A stretch of 64,000 nt of DNA from Candidatus Eiseniibacteriota bacterium (lineage in GTDB: Bacteria; Eisenbacteria; RBG-16-71-46; SZUA-252), in assembly GCA_963703225.1 (NCBI GenBank), contig OY969801.1, forward strand, positions 2,720,001-2,784,000, read 5' to 3'. Both the position numbers and the translations under genes were made by a program. Every line of letters starts with the position of its first letter. Positions within the stretch are counted from its first letter, which is position 1. Of this stretch, positions 60,501-64,000 are shown piece by piece. A model generated the notes under the pieces. That model saw nothing but the letters and a program-made list of their open reading frames with translations. It had not been told where the DNA came from and searched no databases.

Positions 60501-62192
60501 TGTCCGGGCCGCGGTAGCCCCTGTGAGCAGAGCGGCCGACAGGGCGGTCGGAGAGACATCGATGTCCGGCGGACCGAGCGTTGTGGCACTCACCACGTTC
60601 GAGATCGGGGAGCGGTTACCGTATTCGTCCAGCGCCTTGAGCGCGAAGTAGTAGGTGGTGCTGAAGCTGAGCGCGGTCACCACGACCCGCTCCTGGGCAC
60701 CCGGGGGATGCGGCACCACCACCCCGGAGAACCGGGACGCGGCGTCGAAATTGGCGTCGGTGATCTCAGACGTGGCAAATCGGATGTCGTAATTCGTCAC
60801 GGTGCCGGTCGTACTGTCGTCGCCGGTGGCAGTCCACTGCAGGGAAACGCTATTGGAGGCTACTCCGAGGGCAGCGAGGTCGGGGACGGGGCTCGGCGCG
60901 ATGATGTCCGGGCCCTCCAACGCCCTCGCGGCGTTGAGTCTTCCTCCGGATAGCACCCGACGGTTTAGTCCGGGTAGCTTGTCCACGGAGTTGAGGAGAA
61001 GCGTCTTGCCGACCTGGAGCGTGATCCCAGGGTACTGCGCCAGGACCAACGCCAGCACCCCGGAGACATGTGGGGTGGCCATCGAGGTCCCGCTGAAGAC
61101 GCCGTACCCGGCGGACGGGAGCGTACTGAGGATGTCGACCCCGGGCGCGGCGAGGTCCACGCTCGTCGCTCCATAGTTGGAAAAATTGGCCAGCTGGTCG
61201 AAGTGATCCGTGGCTGCGACCGAAATGACGTTCGGCACGTTGAAGCTCGCGGGATACTCGGGGGAACGGTCACTGTTGGCACCCGAATTCCCCGCCGCGG
61301 CGACAAAGAAGATGCCGGCATTGCTCGCGTCCACAATGGCAAGCCGCAGCGCCTCCGAGTACTCGCTGCCTCCCCAGCTGTTGTTCATGATGTCGACGCC
61401 CATCTGCGTCGCGTATTCAATCGCGGCGATCGCGTCAGCGGCTGTTCCCGAACCTTCGCTGTTCAGGAACTTCAGTGGCATGAGACGGACGGACCAGTTC
61501 ACCCCGGTGACTCCGATGCCGTTGTTGCCGCTCGCGCCTATCGTCCCGGCCACGTGAGTGCCGTGGCCATTGTCGTCCATGGGATCGTTATCCTGATTGA
61601 CGAAATCCCACCCTCGAACGTCATCCACGAAACCGTTCCCATCGTCGTCAATTCCGTTGCCTGGGGTTTCCCCGGCGTTGGTGTAGATGTTCCCGGCGAG
61701 ATCGGGATGCGTGTAGTCGATTCCGGTATCGATGACCCCCACGATGACATTCGAGCTCCCGGTATTCGTATCCCACGCGTCGGTCGCGCTGATATCCGCA
61801 CCCGGAATGCCCCCGGTCTGGCCCGTGTTACGGAGGCCCCAGAGCTCGGAAAATCTGAGGTCGTCCGGGGTCCGAGAGATGGAAAAGATGTAGTTCGGTT
61901 CGATGAGCTGAATGGCGGGATGGTCTTTGTAACGGGCGATGGCTTCGGGGACGCTCATCGTGCCGCCGATCCGATCGTGCTCCGCTCGAATCCGTCCAAA
62001 CCGGTGGATCGGGGTGGCCCGCAGGTCGGCGAGAATACGGTTGATCGAGCTTTGAGACGCTCCGGGCTTGAATTTGATGATGAGCTCGCCACCCTTTGTG
62101 AGCGGCGCGGCTGCAGAGGGGATGGCAAACCCATGGAGCAGGAGCGCGGAAACGAGGAGACCGGCGCGAATGGCGCCTTGAAGGGACCGCAT
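54513..62192 (-). CDS. Giant (~2560 aa) secreted S8 peptidase with FN3, ASH/choice-of-anchor-D repeats, duplicated alpha/beta domains, cadherin-like Ig, PKD and a C-terminal FlgD-Ig/T9SS-like domain
   Basis: SD GGAGG before ATG 62192; VIDTGIDYTHPDL / HGTHVAG / GTSMATPHVSG; SNDPDE repeats; WDFGDG PKD; PNPLNP...SGVYYYRV. Confidence 0.94.
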   Translation of the reverse strand: MRSLQGAIRAGLLVSALLLHGFAIPSAAAPLTKGGELIIKFKPGASQSSINRILADLRATPIHRFGRIRAEHDRIGGTMSVPEAIARYKDHPAIQLIEPNYIFSISRTPDDLRFSELWGLRNTGQTGGIPGADISATDAWDTNTGSSNVIVGVIDTGIDYTHPDLAGNIYTNAGETPGNGIDDDGNGFVDDVRGWDFVNQDNDPMDDNGHGTHVAGTIGASGNNGIGVTGVNWSVRLMPLKFLNSEGSGTAADAIAAIEYATQMGVDIMNNSWGGSEYSEALRLAIVDASNAGIFFVAAAGNSGANSDRSPEYPASFNVPNVISVAATDHFDQLANFSNYGATSVDLAAPGVDILSTLPSAGYGVFSGTSMATPHVSGVLALVLAQYPGITLQVGKTLLLNSVDKLPGLNRRVLSGGRLNAARALEGPDIIAPSPVPDLAALGVASNSVSLQWTATGDDSTTGTVTNYDIRFATSEITDANFDAASRFSGVVVPHPPGAQERVVVTALSFSTTYYFALKALDEYGNRSPISNVVSATTLGPPDIDVSPTALSAALLTGATAARTLTLTNPSAGTLDFSLQITTAGGGQWLSIEPRTGTLPPGGRVDVQVTFDASGLFGGGYDASIWVLSNDPDETAVPVRVRLDVTGAPDIALSSVAVEYGTVFLGFSRSRAITVTNAGADLLTVTGVIVSPGAFAVAPDGFSLAPGDSHDVIVTFSPASVATIDGSLTMASDDPDEGVVTVALHGECLIAPDIGVEPSMFAESLTTGEIATKVMTVRNTGGSDLTFGVRKTRGAVAGALGSPVSIPSSLRGSTLNQTGPDVGLPSVQAVYGGTSLRFGITQFGEITPFQSPVGTEHLAVGTVLTGYTLAYVSGDVDHVCYSVNFIRSGIDPVSYRELENTPSRVLVEVVTRTSDGVLGIRRVFTFLRAEQYVEVTTELQNLSAGPLTQVVLKEDVDWDVDGDFLDDAWDYDRSRNMGVAWDQHYVAVAAAQAPDLMDINGWNDFESRATKVDVPSGPVLDFDGLEVLHFELGTLAASERRPVTLAYGVGSTLAELQQVMDRAIVATWVSVSPDSGVVPPGGSADLAVTFDPGALRTGDYTAQVVVDSNDPDEAEIVLPASLHLTGAPDLAVNPDSLDFGSPFLGQVVTRTLQVTNLGTSRLEVTSIAPGLPGYAVDPAAFTLEPLESRDVTVTFSPVTVGVQGSTLTITSNDPDEGVVIVPLRGEGLLAPDIDVTPAALSADLLTGETTSRWVTIRNTGSSNLTVTVAPQAAAPAAAPAVSPRTPGQNPVLIASAAATGTITSRTGTAVPGVRTTSGPLLAQQNSVVPGSNVLVLANAPITNGLLRALLELGYGYEVRYTEDFTGIDFTPYHTIVAAMDGGPISGASCQALASAAAGGRLVFMIGGTNYPPYYGGVQSYLLSHTGEVGWVTSVSPHLTVANPLDPLATGLPPSCRFTDYQTSYYMLRISDSAARVAVRNGDNHPALVQKSLGGGTLVYYVNPPDDSFWKNPADFAIFKQIVRNTMLSRPVRWLSVVPGIGTVPPGCSINVQVTFDASGLLGGGYDASIRVASNDPDETEALVPAHLDVVGVPDITLPSVAMDYGTVFVGVSRSATVVVRNDGTDLLTVSGVAASPGDFSVTPDGFSLGPGDSHDVIVTFSPLSVARIDGLLTIASDDPDEGVVTVTLHGEGLIAPDIGVEPGSLSADLRAGETTSRLVTIRNTGGSDLTFTVDAQAIAPAPTAPVSFRTPSQNPAPLAVASTGAAVRVGAAAGTSAGALPASQNSIVAGNGILVVSNAPIDNGLLRALRELGHGYDLMFTSDYVGINFTPYHTIVVAIDGGAISEASCQALANAAAAGRLLFILGGSSIPSYYNGVQAYLLSHAGASDWRPSAAPHLRVVDPLDPLATGLPPSYTFLNPYTSQYMLRINDSAARVAVTNGDNYPALVLKPLGTGTLVYYINGADDFLWANPADFPILKQIVRNTLSFGATRWLSVVPGLGTVRPGGSVDVQVTFDASGLLGGGYNASIRVASNDPDEAEVLVPAHLNVAGAPDNHDDPPIVTAPATATGAEGAPLTVGVTASDPDGDVMYSLAATPLPAGATFVANTTNTAGELQWTPDFDQAGSYPVTILATSARHSNPASGPLDPLEGSVIVHISIADTDRPPIVTAPATQTVAEGTLLTFIVAAADPDGDPIATLDVRELPVGATFDPDPGLPSGTFAWMPGFANAGDYNVTFTAANVLSGSATTAITVSNQNRAPIANAGGPYTGMTGAPIAFDGSGSSDPDGEELEFTWDFGDGGSGSSPAPSHTYTSMSESPFTVALTVSDGMVSNIATTTATVQGTFAANVFFGLNLNYIFPQILPTWVRVEPMDGSFGINDVVLSSVTMSCNGAWIPTKCQSIVDHDQNHNGVPEARICFMRNDLRTLFAGLPNGTSTVEVTLEGDLMSGGSFRGSTMVHVIKFGFLGTGSLAQVSPNPLNPQATLTFVTTEPGTANAQLFDLHGRLVRDVLPQQYFMPGAHQVTLDGRNDHGSRLASGVYYYRVRSVNGISKGAITVLK
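56040..58510 (-). repeat. Intragenic tandem duplication (~1380-bp period) within the giant subtilase
   Basis: NAPITNGLLRALLELG..FTPYHTIV..DGG vs NAPIDNGLLRALRELG..FTPYHTIV..DGG; near-identical DNA at ~56090 and ~57470. Confidence 0.9.
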
Positions 62193-62368
62193 GAGCGACC
62201 TCCTGCCGATAGCGGCGGAGCGAGCCGGTCCGGGGCCAAATCGATGCGGCATGGGGCGAGGTCCCCTTCGGATGTCGGAGCAGGTCCCGGGCGTCCCTGC
62301 CTTCAGGCGCAAACTAGATAGGGCATTAGGATACCCCACGTCGGCATCGCTGAAACCCGTGAACGTAA

Positions 62369-62608
62369 CCCGTCCGCGAAATTCTCTCCGAGCCTTCGTC
62401 GAGTGCGGGGCTCGATTCGTGCGCCTTCCCAGCGTTCGAGCTGTCAGCGTCCGATCCCGAGGTGGCGCGCTACCTCATGCGCCACTTTCACGAGGACGGC
62501 CTCAACGAGCAAGCCCTTCATTTCGCGCGGCGCATCCAGGAGCAGGGTCCGGGCGATCAGGAGAGCGCGGCGGTCATCCGCGGGACCCGCCGCCCGAGCA
62601 GCTTCTGA
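62369..62608 (+). pseudogene. Start-less 3' remnant of a paralogue of the 11361-13346 TMTC-like membrane protein
   Basis: Translates LSEPSSSAGLDSCAFPAFELSASDPEVARYLMRHFHEDG...ARRIQEQGPGDQESAAVIR; 35/66 identical, ungapped, to LTEASSSERLDLAAFEAFGLSASDPDAIRWIMRHF...; in-frame TAA at 62366-62368 immediately upstream. Confidence 0.85.
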
Positions 62609-62691
62609 GGCTCCATTGTACTCCCGAGCGACTCGCCTGCCCGCGGGACCCGCAGGGGCCATCCACTCCCATTTCCGTGTACCATGCGCCG

Positions 62692-63663
62692 ATGGCCAGG
62701 CGCGCAGCGGTGTGGATCCTCGGCCTCGCAGCCGGTGCGATGGTGCTTTGGGTCGCGGTGGCTCCCATACCTCCCGTGCCGGCGTCGGCGCCGCCCTCGC
62801 CCGCCCGCGACCACGAAGAAGCCCTGGCCCGCTTCCACCGCGCCCCCGCCGGCATCGATGCGGGCGTCCGTGCCGACTGCCTCCCTCGGCTCCTGACGCA
62901 CGGGCACAAGACCGAGCGCGCGGTTGTCCTCCTCCACGGCTTCACGAACTGCCCGAAGCAGTTTGATTCGCTTGCAGTTCTTCTCTATGAACGTGGCTTC
63001 AACGTCTACCTCCCGCGTGTGCCACGGCATGGGATCTCCAACCGGATGACGACCGCGCTCGCGGAACTCACGGCCGAGGAAATGTCCGCGTGCGCGGAGA
63101 CCGCGCTCGATCTTGCCCGCGGCCTAGGGGATCGCGTGACGGTCGTTGGGCTCTCCTCGACCGCAGTCGCGACCGCGTGGCTCGCCGCCCGGCGGGCGGA
63201 CGTCGATGAGGCGGTGCTGATCGCACCCGCACTCGGACCGCGTGGGGTCCCCCCCTTCTGGACGAGGCGCCTCACGAGCATGCTCCTGGTCGTGCCGAAC
63301 TTCTTCGTGTGGTGGGATTCGAAGCTGAAGGGGCACGTGCCGGGCCCAACGCAGTGCTATCCCCGTTTCTCGAGCCGCGCGCTGGCGCAGGTCTATCGGC
63401 TTGGCCTCGACGTCATCGACACGGCGGGCCGCGCCAAGCCCGCAGCCCGGCGAGTCACGATTGTGACGACCGTGTCCGACGAGGGTATTTCAAGGGAGGC
63501 GGTCCGCGAACTGACCCGCCGCTGGCGTGCCCACGGTGCGGTGGTCCGCGATTACGAGTTCCCCGAGTCCCTGGCAGTCCGTCACGACATGATTGACCCG
63601 GAACAGCCCTATCAGAGGATCGCCGTCACCTATCCCGTGATCCTGAGGCTCGTGGGGGAATAG
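62692..63663 (+). CDS. Membrane-anchored/secreted alpha/beta hydrolase (carboxylesterase-like)
   Basis: N-terminal hydrophobic helix; LLHGFTNCP; PRHG; GLSST nucleophile elbow; RHDMID. Confidence 0.85.
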   Translation: MARRAAVWILGLAAGAMVLWVAVAPIPPVPASAPPSPARDHEEALARFHRAPAGIDAGVRADCLPRLLTHGHKTERAVVLLHGFTNCPKQFDSLAVLLYERGFNVYLPRVPRHGISNRMTTALAELTAEEMSACAETALDLARGLGDRVTVVGLSSTAVATAWLAARRADVDEAVLIAPALGPRGVPPFWTRRLTSMLLVVPNFFVWWDSKLKGHVPGPTQCYPRFSSRALAQVYRLGLDVIDTAGRAKPAARRVTIVTTVSDEGISREAVRELTRRWRAHGAVVRDYEFPESLAVRHDMIDPEQPYQRIAVTYPVILRLVGE

Positions 63664-63756
63664 CGCTAGACTTGGTTCCGATGCGTGCGTATTCGCGGTT
63701 TCGGCGGGAGATACGCGTTGCTATGCATCAACCCAAATTCGGTCACCTCGCGTTGA

Positions 63757-64000
63757 ATGGAGGAAGCCATACGCACTACAATAGCACTGACGCTCGTTCT
63801 CGCTTCGCTTCCGATCGCGCGACCTGTCAGCGCTCGCTCCTTGGCCGACGTCGAGATGCCCGACTCGGTCCGGGTCGAGCGACGGCTCCTCAGGCTGAAC
63901 GGCATGGCCCTCTACCGAAAGTTCGGATTTCCGGTCCTGGTGGCGGGCCTCTACCTAGACAGCCTGGAGAGCGGTCCCACGAGGATCTTGGAGTCGGATT
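63757..64000 (+). CDS. Chalcone isomerase-like family protein, 5' part (runs off the window)
   Basis: Open frame missing from the ORF track: signal peptide, then LADVEMPDSVRV....LRLNGMALYRKFGFPVLVAGLYL. Confidence 0.75.
   Translation, partial: MEEAIRTTIALTLVLASLPIARPVSARSLADVEMPDSVRVERRLLRLNGMALYRKFGFPVLVAGLYLDSLESGPTRILESD

Noticed and set aside
62191..62691. N-terminal 167-aa extension of the last hydrolase in the ORF track, and similar long extensions of the kinases, exonuclease and gltA
   Set aside because: Extensions are not protein-like; better starts have SD or -10 support; this interval holds a gene remnant in another frame
63757..63771. Possible ATA start (GGAGG-N5-ATA at 63769) for the chalcone-isomerase-like gene
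   Set aside because: An in-frame ATG at 63757 explains the gene; cannot be distinguished from sequence alone

Overview
High-GC bacterial chromosomal window with no rRNA, tRNA, CRISPR array or transposase/integrase that I can recognise. Gene content suggests a diderm, FCB-related lineage such as Candidatus Eisenbacteria (inference): many secreted proteins with a C-terminal FlgD-Ig/T9SS-like domain, kinase-TPR proteins and outer-membrane beta-barrels. From left to right: a MacAB/LolCDE-like ABC exporter operon with several frameshifts; a lipid-linked glycosylation cluster (Dpm1-like GT2, SAM methyltransferase, three GT-C-fold membrane proteins, one with TMTC-like motifs) next to a secreted subtilase with cadherin-like Ig repeats; a flap endonuclease with a leaderless XRE regulator; S41 and S9 peptidases; a short Rho lacking the N-terminal helical bundle; a Vps62/NPP1-like domain fused to a beta-barrel; two Ser/Thr kinase-TPR paralogues; a diheme cytochrome c-TPR; gltA, mntH and a USP; MFS/PAP2; a CFA synthase; and a ~2560-aa modular subtilase. 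Most notable: an unannotated, start-less gene remnant at 62369-62608 is 35/66 identical to the C-terminus of the TMTC-like protein. The arrangement [Ig-repeat subtilase] <- -> [TMTC-like GT-C] -> [alpha/beta hydrolase] therefore occurs twice in the window, in inverted orientation. This suggests a candidate bacterial system for O-glycosylating cadherin-like domains of secreted proteins (hypothesis).
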